A stretch of 64,000 bases of DNA from an uncultured Chlamydiales bacterium (GCA_963700985.1 OY969554.1:128001-192000), one strand, 5' to 3'; shown: positions 29,724 to 39,977, counted from the stretch's first letter. The notes: generated from the letters alone by a model not told the origin. Numbers and translations: made by a program.

Positions 29724-30668
29724 ATGAAAACTAAACAAGACATGAATTTTTCGAGTTATCCACAAACGCTTTATCACACCAAAAGCATCGATGGAATGGA
29801 CATTTTTTATCGAGAGGCGGGAGAAAAAGATAAGCCTGTAATTCTTCTGCTTCACGGCTTTCCCAGCTCATCTCACATGTTTCGCAATCTTATCCCTAAG
29901 CTCGCCAAAAACTATCACGTTATCGCCCCCGATTATCCTGGCTTTGGACATAGCGCGAATCCAAATCATAAGAAATACGCATACACCTTTGATAATTTTG
30001 CCAATCTCATAGACAAGCTACTGGTTAGCCTTGGAATAGATAAATATGCCATCTATGTGTTTGATTACGGTGCCCCTGTGGGTTTTAGGCTTTTCATTAA
30101 ACATCCAAAACAGATTACAGCGATCATTTCACAAAATGGGAATGCTTACGAAGAAGGATTAGGTAAATTTTGGGATGGTCTGAAATCTTATTGGAAAACA
30201 GCTGCAAATAAAGAACGTGAGGCAATCCGCTGGCTTACCAGCATGAAGGCGACACGTTGGCAGTATGAAAACGGTGTGCGTCCAGCAGACTTGGCAAAGG
30301 TAAGTCCAGATGGCTGGCAACATGATCAAAGCTTGATGGACAGGCCAGATAATAGCGATGTTCAGTTGGATATTTTCTACGATTATCGAAATAACCTGCC
30401 GCTCTATCCTAAATGGCAAGAGGCTTTGCGTAAGTATAAGCCTCCGCTATTAGCTATGTGGGGAAAAAACGATGAAATCTTTATTGCCCCTGGCGCCGAA
30501 GCTTTTCGAAGAGATCTGCCTGATGCAGAAATTCACCTGCTTGATACAGGGCATTTTGCTCTAGAAACCCATGGAAATGAAATCGCCACGCTTATTATCG
30601 ATTTTTTGAATCGTAAAGTTTTAAGTAGCACTTCAAAAGAGACAAAGGGCAAACGAAAAGCCGCCTAA
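29724..30668 (+). CDS. Alpha/beta hydrolase (epoxide hydrolase/dehalogenase-like)
   Basis: LLHGFPSSS, DYPGFG, FDYGAP, QNGNAY, DTGHFALE. Confidence 0.92.
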   Translation: MKTKQDMNFSSYPQTLYHTKSIDGMDIFYREAGEKDKPVILLLHGFPSSSHMFRNLIPKLAKNYHVIAPDYPGFGHSANPNHKKYAYTFDNFANLIDKLLVSLGIDKYAIYVFDYGAPVGFRLFIKHPKQITAIISQNGNAYEEGLGKFWDGLKSYWKTAANKEREAIRWLTSMKATRWQYENGVRPADLAKVSPDGWQHDQSLMDRPDNSDVQLDIFYDYRNNLPLYPKWQEALRKYKPPLLAMWGKNDEIFIAPGAEAFRRDLPDAEIHLLDTGHFALETHGNEIATLIIDFLNRKVLSSTSKETKGKRKAA

Positions 30669-30739
30669 TTTATATGCAAAAGTCATCTTGACCCTTAAAA
30701 ACTCCTCGGGTAGCTTTTTCGCCTATCCGAGAAGGATTT

Positions 30740-31423
30740 ATGTCTTTAGCTGTTAAATCTGTTTCAAGCGCGCATATCTATTCGGGAAATGCAGAGGTCA
30801 AATTTTTCCCAAACGATGAGAAAGGGCTATCAGTCACGATTGATACAAAGCGACTGCACATCAGATCTATTTTTCCTTCCGAAGAGGAATACGAGCGGCT
30901 ATCTGCTTTATATGGTGATCCAATAGTCATGCAGAAACTTTTAAATGGAGAGACAAGGACGAAAGAGCAGGTATGTAAGCGTACTAATGATGTCTGGAAC
31001 GCTCGTTGGCGAGCAAATGATCCCTATTCTAATTTGCTGGTTTTTGAAAAAGCCACGGGTGCTTTTTTAGGGCTAGTAAGTTTAAGTCATGGAGACTTAC
31101 CAGGCGAGGCAGAGATTAGCTATCTCTTTCATCTTGCATATTGGGGGAGGGGGTTTGGAACCGAGGCTGTCAATGCTGTGTTAAAAGAATATGCTCCAGC
31201 TACCGTTAAAGAAGGGTATACTTTAGAAGGCAAACCCTTAGAAAGAATCGTAGCAACAGCGAGAATAGATAACGAACGATCATTTCAAATTTTAGACAGA
31301 CTCGGAATGCAAATCGTTGATATCAATGAAAAGTACAATGCTCTCAGATATCAATATTCTATCGATCTAAGCGATATGCAAAATCCCAAGCGCAGAAATG
31401 AGAATTGGATGACAATTCTCTAA
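30740..31423 (+). CDS. GNAT acetyltransferase (RimJ/RimL-like) with N-terminal extension
   Basis: IDTKRLHIR, EISY....YWGRGFGTEA, N.RS..IL.RLGM. Confidence 0.85.
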   Translation: MSLAVKSVSSAHIYSGNAEVKFFPNDEKGLSVTIDTKRLHIRSIFPSEEEYERLSALYGDPIVMQKLLNGETRTKEQVCKRTNDVWNARWRANDPYSNLLVFEKATGAFLGLVSLSHGDLPGEAEISYLFHLAYWGRGFGTEAVNAVLKEYAPATVKEGYTLEGKPLERIVATARIDNERSFQILDRLGMQIVDINEKYNALRYQYSIDLSDMQNPKRRNENWMTIL

Positions 31424-31471
31424 AGGTCAGCCTATTTATCGCTGCCAATCTAGAGGAAACAGGAGTTTAGA

Positions 31472-31897
31472 ATGCTTGTTAGCTATCAAAATCATGAAGA
31501 AGAAATAGAAGCCATCACCAAGGGTCTATCAGAATTCAATGCTCCCTTTTTTGGTTATAAAAAGTATATCGACTTTGTAGTCAGTTTTAAGGATGAAGAT
31601 CAAAAAGTTTTGGGCGGAGTAGTGGCTTGGATGCGGCCTGGAATCCACTTGCTATGCATAGATACGATCTGGGTGACTGAACATCTAAGAAAGCAGGGCT
31701 ACGGCAAAAAGCTGATGCAGACTGCAGAAGCAGAGGGCATCAAACACGGCTGCACCCATTCTCAATTAGAAACACTCTCATACCAAGCGAGAGGTTTTTA
31801 TGAAAAACTTGGTTATGTCCAAATTGGATTCGTTGAAAAACTCTATGGTCCGCACGACGCTTTCTATATGCGTAAAAGCCTAAAAGTTTTTTCTTAA
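31472..31897 (+). CDS. GNAT family N-acetyltransferase
   Basis: IWVTEHLRKQGYGKKLM, QARGFYEKLGY. Confidence 0.92.
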   Translation: MLVSYQNHEEEIEAITKGLSEFNAPFFGYKKYIDFVVSFKDEDQKVLGGVVAWMRPGIHLLCIDTIWVTEHLRKQGYGKKLMQTAEAEGIKHGCTHSQLETLSYQARGFYEKLGYVQIGFVEKLYGPHDAFYMRKSLKVFS

Positions 31898-31902
31898 GAA
31901 TC

Positions 31903-32115
31903 TTAGAAGGTTCCTTCTTCTTTGCGTTTTTTAGCTTCTTCTGGGCTAAGAGCTTCTTCTTGTTCGTAGTATTGATAATCTTCTGTATCGCCCCTTTGAT
32001 CTTCTGGCGTCAAGAATGGCTTTTTTAAACGATCGCTTGGCCCTGTTTTTTCAGCATGATCAAAATTAAGAGGCTTAGGATCTTCAGAGGGTTCTTTCTT
32101 TTTTTTACGAGGCAT
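31903..32115 (-). CDS. Small charged hypothetical protein
   Basis: 70 aa, ATG preceded by a GGAAGGTGA RBS, fills an intergenic gap. Confidence 0.6.
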   Translation of the reverse strand: MPRKKKKEPSEDPKPLNFDHAEKTGPSDRLKKPFLTPEDQRGDTEDYQYYEQEEALSPEEAKKRKEEGTF

Positions 32116-32212
32116 ATCACCTTCCTAGTTTAGCTTTTCAATTGGGGTATCTTAAAAATTGGATATAAGCGCAATAAGAAAGGATTTGGGACGCTGATCT
32201 GGAATGTTGATT

Positions 32213-32251
32213 TAAGAAAAGGAAAGCGCCGCCCCTTGAAGAGCGGCGCTT
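32213..32251 (-). terminator. Rho-independent terminator after the F-box gene
   Basis: AAGCGCCGC (32224-32232) / GCGGCGCTT (32243-32251) stem with a T-rich tail on the minus strand. Confidence 0.7.
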
Positions 32252-32259
32252 GAAGTTAA

Positions 32260-33138
32260 CTAGCTGCGTGCCTCTGAGGGGATCCAGGTGCGAGTTTCAG
32301 CCATGGCTGCGTCGCGCGCGCCATTGATCCTACTTTGCGTTACATGACTGAAATTACGCATTGAAACGTCGATTCTGTAGGTGATCGCCTCAGCATAAGT
32401 TTGAAACTCTCTGGTGTCGGTATAGTTCATGCGTTCATTAAAATCGCACTGGAGTTGCACGCGCTTGCCTTTATAATCAAGCTGAAGCACGTCTCCATGA
32501 TTTTTCAAGCTGCCATCGCGCTTGTAAAAGAGTCTAAGAGGTAGAGATTTAGGAAATTTTCTTGTAGGAATTTTCGGATAATCATAATGCCATTCTCCAC
32601 GCAGACGCATTGCGGCCTTTACGTCTCCTTCTTCGGCTTTACGTACGGTTATATCCAGACTTTCTTGATTGTATACTGTTACCGGGATAAATGGTTCTTC
32701 TTCGCTTCTTCCCCAAGGTAGATTTGCAAGAAGGCCTTGTTTGCCAGGTATATTTATATAAACGTTAGAGGGATCTAATATGACCGTCCCATGAATGACA
32801 TGCGCAAGTTCCTTGTAGTTTTCATCGGCGTATCCAAAAATAAGATCGAATGTTCGCGTAGCACCAAAAACTGAAGCGAGTGCTGCACACGTGGCGTCTT
32901 CTGTGCTTAAGCCTTCCATTTCGGCAGAAAGCTCTCCACGTGAGGGAAAAGTATACAAGTGTGTGTTTCGACAGAAGATGCGCCACGTGTGGTGATCTTG
33001 AGAGGTAATCTGTAAATGCCAGTCTTTGCATACACCTTCTGATCTGGCCAGTGATTGTTCATCTAAAAACTCATAGATATTATACAGTGCTTCAGGTGGA
33101 AGGGGTCTATATGCGCCAATTGCTGTGCTTGCTGACAT
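32260..33138 (-). CDS. F-box domain protein (putative host-targeted effector)
   Basis: LPPEALYNIYEFLDEQSLARSEGVCKDWH matches the F-box consensus; Ser/Thr/Ala N-terminus. Confidence 0.82.
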   Translation of the reverse strand: MSASTAIGAYRPLPPEALYNIYEFLDEQSLARSEGVCKDWHLQITSQDHHTWRIFCRNTHLYTFPSRGELSAEMEGLSTEDATCAALASVFGATRTFDLIFGYADENYKELAHVIHGTVILDPSNVYINIPGKQGLLANLPWGRSEEEPFIPVTVYNQESLDITVRKAEEGDVKAAMRLRGEWHYDYPKIPTRKFPKSLPLRLFYKRDGSLKNHGDVLQLDYKGKRVQLQCDFNERMNYTDTREFQTYAEAITYRIDVSMRNFSHVTQSRINGARDAAMAETRTWIPSEARS

Positions 33139-33347
33139 TGTATTATCCTCTTATTTGAAAGTTATTAAAATTATTGTAATAATTTTAGGCTGAAATTGAA
33201 TTAAATTCAATTAAAATCTTTATTAATAAAGGTCTTGTTTATTAAAACTTGTAGAAGTTTGTTTAAACTCTTTATTATCAATGATTTATGAAAAACTGAC
33301 TGTTAATTAACCCATATTGCCTGATTTGGCATTGAAGTTTGGTTTTC

Positions 33348-34124
33348 CTAATCTTTATGAATTTCGTTCAATGGCAAGTCTTCATAAGAATGGATAACTT
33401 GAGTGGCTCTTGAGAAATCTTGATCCAGAGTGAATTAATTGGGGACAGCTACAGGAATCATTCCAGCTGAGGCTGCGGCTTCAATCCCAGCAGTAGTATC
33501 CTCAAACACTAAGCATTTAGAAGCAGGTACGTCTAATCGTTTGGCTGCTTCGATGTAAATGTAGGGCTTGGGTTTATTTTTCCCTTGAGCATCCGTGTAG
33601 TTATCTAGATCATCAGAACCTGAAATGATTAAATCGAAACAATTTTCCAAGCCAATTTGCTGCAGGTTTTGGAGAATTTCTTCTGTGGGAGCAGAAGAGG
33701 CTAAACCAAGCTTAATCTCTAGATTCCGTTTGTTTTCAGCAAAATAGTTGGCAAACGCGATCATTTCACGAATGGGAGGAACCCCTTGTTTTTGCAAGAC
33801 GCGATATTTTGCGTTTTTCAATTCGATGACTTCTTCTGGGATCTCAATGTTTTTAAGTTTTTCGATCATGAGAAGAATGTTTTTTGAGCTATGCCCGACA
33901 ACAGGTGCATATTCTTCTATCGTGAAGGGGATGTTTTCGCTAGCTAATGCATCTTGCCAAGCGAGAAATTTTAAATACTCCGTATCCACCAGCACGCCAT
34001 CGCAATCAAAAATCACCGCTTCAATTTTATCTCAATAAGGAGTTGAAATGCTGGCAAACAGTGCTCTTCCTCCCATCAGCATGAAGAATAAGAACAATTT
34101 TACATTGGTAGAACATCTTCTCAT
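33348..34124 (-). pseudogene. HAD-family phosphatase (beta-PGM-like) with two in-frame nonsense codons
   Basis: DCDGVLVDT, KPKP..Y and FEDT..G motifs. One frame runs from ATG 34124 to TAG 33348, interrupted by TGA (34032-34034) and TAA (33435-33437). Confidence 0.8.
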
Positions 34125-34666
34125 AAATCCTCCTGAATAACTTGATACTTCAATTGTACTAAACCGCTTGGATAGGATTGTGTAGAAAGAAGACGATATT
34201 TATGTTCGCTACTCATTTTGCTAAAGAGGGGAATTCCTGCTCCCAAAGTCATAGCGATTATGGATATTGTAACTTCATCTACGAGACCAGACTCTAAAAA
34301 CTTAGAGGCAGTGATTCCTCCATCCACCCAAGCATGTTTGACGCCTTCAGAATGAAGTTTAGATGCCAATTGAGTTAGTGGTCCGCAAAACAGCTCAGAT
34401 TCCTTCCTAACCGCCTTTAATGTATTGCTAAGCACAGTGACTCTTTTGCCCTCATAAGGCCATTTATCAAACCCAGAAACTACTTCGTAGGTATTTCGGC
34501 CCAGAATCAATGCATCAATGCTATTCATAAATTTCTTGAAGCCGTAATCTTCATCACCTGTATGCCCATACTCAAGCCAATCAAGGCCTCCGTCTTTTCG
34601 GGCAATATAGCCGTCAATGCTCATCGCAATGTATATGGAGATTTTTGGTCGCTCACTTTGCTTCAT
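34121..34666 (-). CDS. Dihydrofolate reductase/RibD C-terminal domain protein
   Basis: IAMSIDGYIA, LGRNTYE, WVDGG, LVDE, G.GIPLF. Confidence 0.9.
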   Translation of the reverse strand: MKQSERPKISIYIAMSIDGYIARKDGGLDWLEYGHTGDEDYGFKKFMNSIDALILGRNTYEVVSGFDKWPYEGKRVTVLSNTLKAVRKESELFCGPLTQLASKLHSEGVKHAWVDGGITASKFLESGLVDEVTISIIAMTLGAGIPLFSKMSSEHKYRLLSTQSYPSGLVQLKYQVIQEDL

Positions 34667-34801
34667 CTTGTGATCATCCCTTAACTATTCCCAAAATCAT
34701 ATGGGAAATCGCTTCTTTCCAGCTACTGCGAACTCTATGTTCAATTTCTTTATTATTGCGCAATCTGGCAGACTGTTTTGCAGATTAAAGGGAGATCTAT
34801 C

Positions 34802-35167
34802 ATGGCATCAGGAATTAAACCATCAGCAGCTAAAATCATAGCAGAGTTTTGTGGGCCGCTTGTCCACGAAAAAGAAAATGAGCCGGACACAGACACGATG
34901 GTCCGAGAGATCATCACTAGCCTTGGAATAAAAATACGCCATAACCCAGAACGTCTCGAAAAAATCTGGGCAAAGGCACAAGAACGATCGATGTGGAGTA
35001 ATCGTATGTGTGTGGTAATGGCATATCAGAGGTATCTGTCGCTTAATAGAGACTATGAAACTTCAATGGGTATATTGACTTTTCGGCCCGCAACCAGAGC
35101 CGATATAGCGATATTAACTCCAAACGAACTTAATGGGTTATTTACACACTTACCTATCGCATATTAG
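34802..35167 (+). CDS. Hypothetical protein
   Basis: ORF fills the gap between dhfr-like and photolyase genes; AAGGGAG RBS before ATG 34802. Confidence 0.6.
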   Translation: MASGIKPSAAKIIAEFCGPLVHEKENEPDTDTMVREIITSLGIKIRHNPERLEKIWAKAQERSMWSNRMCVVMAYQRYLSLNRDYETSMGILTFRPATRADIAILTPNELNGLFTHLPIAY

Positions 35168-35210
35168 TTCTTAAGTTCAAGCGGAGTTAGGCCTACCAGT
35201 GTGAGAGGAC

Positions 35211-36578
35211 TCAGACAGATCTATAGGCGGCAAGAGCGTCTTTGGCCGCTTTTTCATGATCGGTCATCGGAGCTGGATATGTGCATCCAGTATGCCACTT
35301 TTCCGCATACCAAGCATGAATGGCTTTTGGAGGTAAATCGCGAAGTTCAGGAATCCATTTTTTAATATAGGCACATTCTGGATCGAATTTTTTTTGCTGG
35401 TTCCAAGGGTTGAAAATGCGAAAATAGGGTTGGGCATCACATCCAGTGCTAGCCACCCATTGCCAATTCCCATTGTTCACCGCAGGGTCGTAATCGAGTA
35501 AAGTTTGCGCAAAATATTTTTCACCCCATCTCCAATTAATGTGCAAGTCTTTGATTAGAAATGAAGCCGCAATCATGCGAACACGATTGTGCATAAAGCC
35601 TGTTTCATTCATCTCTCTCATTCCTGCATCCACAATTGGAAAGCCGGTAGAGCCTTCACACCAGTGCTGAAAAGCTTTTCGGTTAGAAGACCACTTGAGC
35701 TTATCAAATTTAGATCGGAAAGCACCTTCAAAGACGTGAGGAAAGAAAAACGCAATCGAGGTAAAAAAGTCTCTCCAGTAAAGAGAGCGGATCAGTTCAT
35801 GGTGCGGACTTAAATTACGACAGATTGCTGCGTAAACTTCGCGAGGGGAGTAGACGGTGAATTTCAGATAAGGGGAGAGATGCGTTGAGTAATCTTCGGC
35901 TGGAAAGTCTCTCAGTTTTCCATACTTACTAAAAGCAACCAGTTTTTTGAGAATTTTGCTTGCTTCTGATCTTCCTCCGGTCAACTGATTCTTTACTGTT
36001 AGTTTAGGAAAGACCGACTGGTCTTTTGCAAAGGGGATCGATCCGCGAAAGTAATTAACTCCGCGGTTTTGCGTTGGAGGCAGAACTTTCAGTTTTGAAG
36101 CATTGCGAAAATAGGGTGTGAAAATCGTATAAGGCTTTCCGTCTTTTTTCAGAGTCTCTTCGGGTGGATGAAGAAGAGCATCATCAAAAGAATAAAAAGG
36201 GATATGGCTCGTTTTGCAGGTTTTTTCGAGCGTTTTGTCTCTTTGTTGGCTATAGGGAGTATAATCGCGATTTACGATCAAAGCCTCGATATTAAGTTCG
36301 CGGATACATTTGCGCACAACTGCTTCGGGTTTTCCCTTAAAAAAGAAGAGCTTGCCTCTTTTCTCCTTCAGCTGATTTTCGAGATCTTTGAGACATTCGA
36401 TCATAAACTTCAGGCAGTGATCACTTCTAAAAGGATTTGTCTCGATCTGTTCTGGTGTAAAAATGAAGGCCGGAATTACGAATTCTGAAGAGTGCAACGC
36501 AAAAATGAGCCCAGTATTATCCTCAAGGCGCAAATCCCTCCTGAATAAGAAGAGGGATCTTCGAAACTTTTTCTCCAT
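35211..36578 (-). CDS. phrB: Deoxyribodipyrimidine photolyase (class I CPD photolyase)
   Basis: FRRDLRLEDN, TGFPIVDAGMR, GFMHNRVRM, DYDPAVNNGNWQW, YFRIFNP. Confidence 0.95.
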   Translation of the reverse strand: MEKKFRRSLFLFRRDLRLEDNTGLIFALHSSEFVIPAFIFTPEQIETNPFRSDHCLKFMIECLKDLENQLKEKRGKLFFFKGKPEAVVRKCIRELNIEALIVNRDYTPYSQQRDKTLEKTCKTSHIPFYSFDDALLHPPEETLKKDGKPYTIFTPYFRNASKLKVLPPTQNRGVNYFRGSIPFAKDQSVFPKLTVKNQLTGGRSEASKILKKLVAFSKYGKLRDFPAEDYSTHLSPYLKFTVYSPREVYAAICRNLSPHHELIRSLYWRDFFTSIAFFFPHVFEGAFRSKFDKLKWSSNRKAFQHWCEGSTGFPIVDAGMREMNETGFMHNRVRMIAASFLIKDLHINWRWGEKYFAQTLLDYDPAVNNGNWQWVASTGCDAQPYFRIFNPWNQQKKFDPECAYIKKWIPELRDLPPKAIHAWYAEKWHTGCTYPAPMTDHEKAAKDALAAYRSV

Positions 36579-36809
36579 TTTATCCTAAGGGGTGTCAACC
36601 AGTCTTTTCCTGAGCTGTCTCAAAACTTGCAGCTTATCATTCTAAGCATATTTTGTTTTTGATCTTTTGTAAGAGCCTATCCACCAAGCGTATTAAAAAT
36701 GGAGTTCATGACGGAGAAATGAGTAAACATTTACTTGACTTGACGCAGGCAAAATGCAAGATGAGATTTTTCTCGGAACTTTCTAAATCAGTGTTAATTA
36801 AGCGTGACA

Positions 36810-37470
36810 ATGAAGAAATATTTTCTGTGTGCTCTTGCGCTAATCGGATGCTGCGTTTTCATTTTAACCAAGCAAAAAGAGAAGCGCGCTCTTTTGATTA
36901 CCGGATGCGCTCGTAGCGGAACTACCTACATCGCCAAAGCTCTTCAAGAAAGCGATTTGGAGATTGGACATGAGAGAATGCTAAAAGATGGTGTGAGTTC
37001 CTGGTATCTTGCTGCTTCTCCCAAGAGAACTAAAAGGAGGGTGAATCCTGAGAAATACCGATTTGCTCACACCTTCTATCAAGTGCGCAATCCTTTGCGC
37101 ACTATCTCGTCGGTATATGCAACTGAAAATCGACACTCTTTGGAATTACATTCTATCTCAAATTCCTGAAATCCGCATAAGCGATTCACACCTCGTCAAA
37201 TGTGCTAAATACTGGTACTACTGGAATTTGAAAGCTGAGAAGCTCGCAGAGTGGACCTATCGCGTGGAAGATCTAGATAAGCTCTGGGATGAATTTGAAA
37301 AGCGTCTCGGCAAAAAAGTCGTCCGCCCATCGGAAGAGCGCGTGCCAAAAAATACCAATACCAAAGGCAGTCACACAGAATTTTCTTGGGATGACTTGCA
37401 CCGTGAGTTAGACTCCGATCTGTTTCAGAAGGTTCAGAGTTTAGCCCTAAAGTACGGTTACTCCATCTGA
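36810..37470 (+). pseudogene. Sulfotransferase-like P-loop protein split by one frameshift (possibly a sequencing error)
   Basis: ITGCARSGTTY, GHE, VRNPL..ISS in the first frame; WN...YRVEDL in the next frame; shift at a T-run near 37139. Confidence 0.7.
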
Positions 37471-37500
37471 GAGATTCTCAATAGACACTCTAGTTTTTAA

Positions 37501-38298
37501 ATGTTTGCTAGGAAAATTTTTATGCTTAGATCGATAGCCTTTATACTTTTAACGTTTGTCGGATCTCTTTGTGCTGAAACAAGTCCTTATGTGTTTCAAT
37601 TTGAAGGACAGTTTGAGCCGCTTTTTCAATCTGGCCGTTATGATTTGATCGCTAGAATTATCGAGCCGGATGATGTTTTGCTTGAAGCAGGTGGATTTGA
37701 TGGGGGAGACACAATTCATTTAGTCAAATTGGTTCCTAATGGTGAAATTATCAGTTTTGAGCCAAATCCAACACGCTATAAAGAACTTGTAGAGAAGACA
37801 AGAAATCTTGCTAATGTAAAAACTTATCCCTTTGCATTGGGCGAAAGAAATCAGACAGTTACTTTTTATCTTTGTCATGGAGTTCAAAATAATCCAGCAT
37901 TTGACGGTGCAAGTTCTATCTTGCCACCCACCAAAGAAACAAGACCGAATTACCAAGGTCCCATCGTTCAGGTGCCTTGTGTAAGATTAGATGATTGGTG
38001 CAGAGAAAATAACCACAGCAGAATTGATTTCATGTGGTTAGATTTAGAGGGATATGAACTTCAAGTTTTGAAAAGCTCTCCTCAAATTTTAAGCACAGTA
38101 AAGGCGATGTATGTTGAGACTAACCTGTATGAATTTAGAAAGGGCATGACGCAATACAAAGATCTACGCGCTTTCCTTGAAAAAAACGGCTTCCGTCTGC
38201 TCTCTCATGGTTATTACAAGGGATATCAAGGCAATGCCATTTTTGTCCGCGCAGACTTATTTGATGAAATTGTACGAAAAATCGAAACACAACCTTAA
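37501..38298 (+). CDS. FkbM family methyltransferase with signal peptide
   Basis: LEAGGFDG, SFEPNP, RLDDW, IDFMWLDLEGYE. Confidence 0.9.
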   Translation: MFARKIFMLRSIAFILLTFVGSLCAETSPYVFQFEGQFEPLFQSGRYDLIARIIEPDDVLLEAGGFDGGDTIHLVKLVPNGEIISFEPNPTRYKELVEKTRNLANVKTYPFALGERNQTVTFYLCHGVQNNPAFDGASSILPPTKETRPNYQGPIVQVPCVRLDDWCRENNHSRIDFMWLDLEGYELQVLKSSPQILSTVKAMYVETNLYEFRKGMTQYKDLRAFLEKNGFRLLSHGYYKGYQGNAIFVRADLFDEIVRKIETQP

Positions 38299-38331
38299 AA
38301 CAAACTCATAGCAACCTGTTTAAAGACAGGG

Positions 38332-38388
38332 TCCTGAATCTCAAGAAGCAGCTGATATTTCATCAGCCAAAATGCTTGTGATTCAGGA
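38332..38388. repeat. Long imperfect palindrome between convergent genes
   Basis: TCCTGAATCTCAAG / CTTGTGATTCAGGA outer stem (13/14) with inner GCTGAT/ATCAGC stem. Confidence 0.55.
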
Positions 38389-38459
38389 TTCTCTAGAAGT
38401 TCTCTATTCATGACAAATTTTGCTGCACCAGCATCTTTTGCAAATGGCGAATTTATAAG

Positions 38460-39374
38460 CTATTTTCTGGAATCTCTTCTGAAAGGTTTCCAGAATTCAT
38501 TATAGTTTTCGGGATAATAAGCCTTCAGATGATCTAAAACACCGTAATTTTTTTCCGAGTTAAATGCTTTGTGATGTTCTTGCATTAAGCGAGGATCAGG
38601 GTCTCTAGGAAGTCTGATATTATAAAAGTAGTTTTCGTCGCGATGTGCGTAATGGTTAATCCGTATGTATTTTGAATGGTTTTTACCATCGTTGGACATT
38701 AAAATATCACCCCTAAAGGTGAATGTTTGATTTCCATCGCCATTTACATAAACACCCTTTGTAAGTGAGCAAAAATGCTGAGACCATAGGGCATCAATTT
38801 TTGCACACTCTGGCCGTATGATACTTTTTCCTACAGCATTTCTAGGATGATTTTTGCTAGAGCACTTGATCAATCTTGAAAGCATGGGCTCATGCGCGGC
38901 TAGGGTAATTCCCGAAGTTCCAAAGTTATGCCAATTGACATAGACAGCTGCAGCGTGAGAAAACCTTTTTTCTAAACACTCAGGGATAGATTTATCCTGC
39001 AAAGGTAAGATGAATTCATCTTGATCCAATAAAGCAATCCACTTCGCAACTCCAAATCCTCGTTTTAGACCGTCTTGAAAAGCGGCTATTTGCGCCCCGG
39101 TCCAATCAGGCTTTTCTGCCGGCCAGTAAAATACTTCAACAAGTCCGCTTTTTATGTACGAGGAAAGCTCCGACTGCCAGTCATCTGTGCTAGCATCATC
39201 ATATAGCCAGAAATGATCCACGCCTAACACCCTGTGATATTCTACCCATTCTTTTATATAGGGAGCGCAGTTACGAAACATTGAAACAACAACAAGCTCG
39301 TAAGCAAACAGGCTTTGAAAAAAGCCACCGGAGAAACATAACAAACAAAGCCAAATAGCAAATGCCTTTTTCAT
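38460..39374 (-). CDS. Glycosyltransferase (GT92/DUF23-like, GT-A fold) with signal peptide
   Basis: EWVEYHRVLGVDHFWLYDD.STD, WIALLDQDEF DxD motif, KSIIRP, RINHY. Confidence 0.85.
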   Translation of the reverse strand: MKKAFAIWLCLLCFSGGFFQSLFAYELVVVSMFRNCAPYIKEWVEYHRVLGVDHFWLYDDASTDDWQSELSSYIKSGLVEVFYWPAEKPDWTGAQIAAFQDGLKRGFGVAKWIALLDQDEFILPLQDKSIPECLEKRFSHAAAVYVNWHNFGTSGITLAAHEPMLSRLIKCSSKNHPRNAVGKSIIRPECAKIDALWSQHFCSLTKGVYVNGDGNQTFTFRGDILMSNDGKNHSKYIRINHYAHRDENYFYNIRLPRDPDPRLMQEHHKAFNSEKNYGVLDHLKAYYPENYNEFWKPFRRDSRK

Positions 39375-39527
39375 TAACTACCTCATGCTAATTCTTATTG
39401 CCGTATTTCTTCAAAAAATTGCCTTGCAAGACGTAAGTTGATTATCACTCCCGCTGCAAATGGGCTCTCAAAGCGTTATGAACCCAGCAGCTACCTCGCC
39501 AAAATCATGGAGGAAGAGAACTTTTTC

Positions 39528-39977
39528 TTATTTTTCGAGGGTGATGTTCATAGAGATTTTGGTGTTCAGAAGGCGAGAGATGGGGCAGCCCTCTTTTGCA
39601 TCTTTGGCTGCTTTATCAAAAGCAGCAGGATCGGCGCCCGGCACTTTAGCTTTAACTTCCAAAAGAATGTCAGTTACCGTCCATCCCTTTTCTGTTTTAT
39701 CTAGAGTAACAGTGGCGATGGTCTCTATTTTTTCAGGCTTCATACCAGCTTCGCCTAATTGTGCTGAAAGCGCCATCGAAAAACAACCGGAGTGAGCTGC
39801 GGCTATGAGCTCTTCAGGGTTTGTACCAACTCCATTTTCAAAACGCGTTGTAAATGAATATTGAGCATTGGACAGAGTTTTGCTCTCTGTGGAAATGCTT
39901 CCCTTCCCTGATTTTAGATCACCATTCCAAATAGCTGATGCTTTTCTTTTCATAACCGCTCCTTTTTTGATGCTCAA
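39528..39977 (-). CDS. osmC: OsmC peroxiredoxin
   Basis: W.GDLKSGKG, GTNPEELIAAAHSGCFSMAL, AKEGCPISR. Confidence 0.93.
   Translation of the reverse strand: MSIKKGAVMKRKASAIWNGDLKSGKGSISTESKTLSNAQYSFTTRFENGVGTNPEELIAAAHSGCFSMALSAQLGEAGMKPEKIETIATVTLDKTEKGWTVTDILLEVKAKVPGADPAAFDKAAKDAKEGCPISRLLNTKISMNITLEK

Noticed and set aside
33139-33300. AT-rich palindromes as an origin or operator
   Set aside because: Low-complexity A/T sequence where such symmetry is expected by chance.
33348-34124. Stop-codon reassignment or selenocysteine readthrough
   Set aside because: Two different stops (TGA and TAA) are involved, and both terminate many intact genes in this window.
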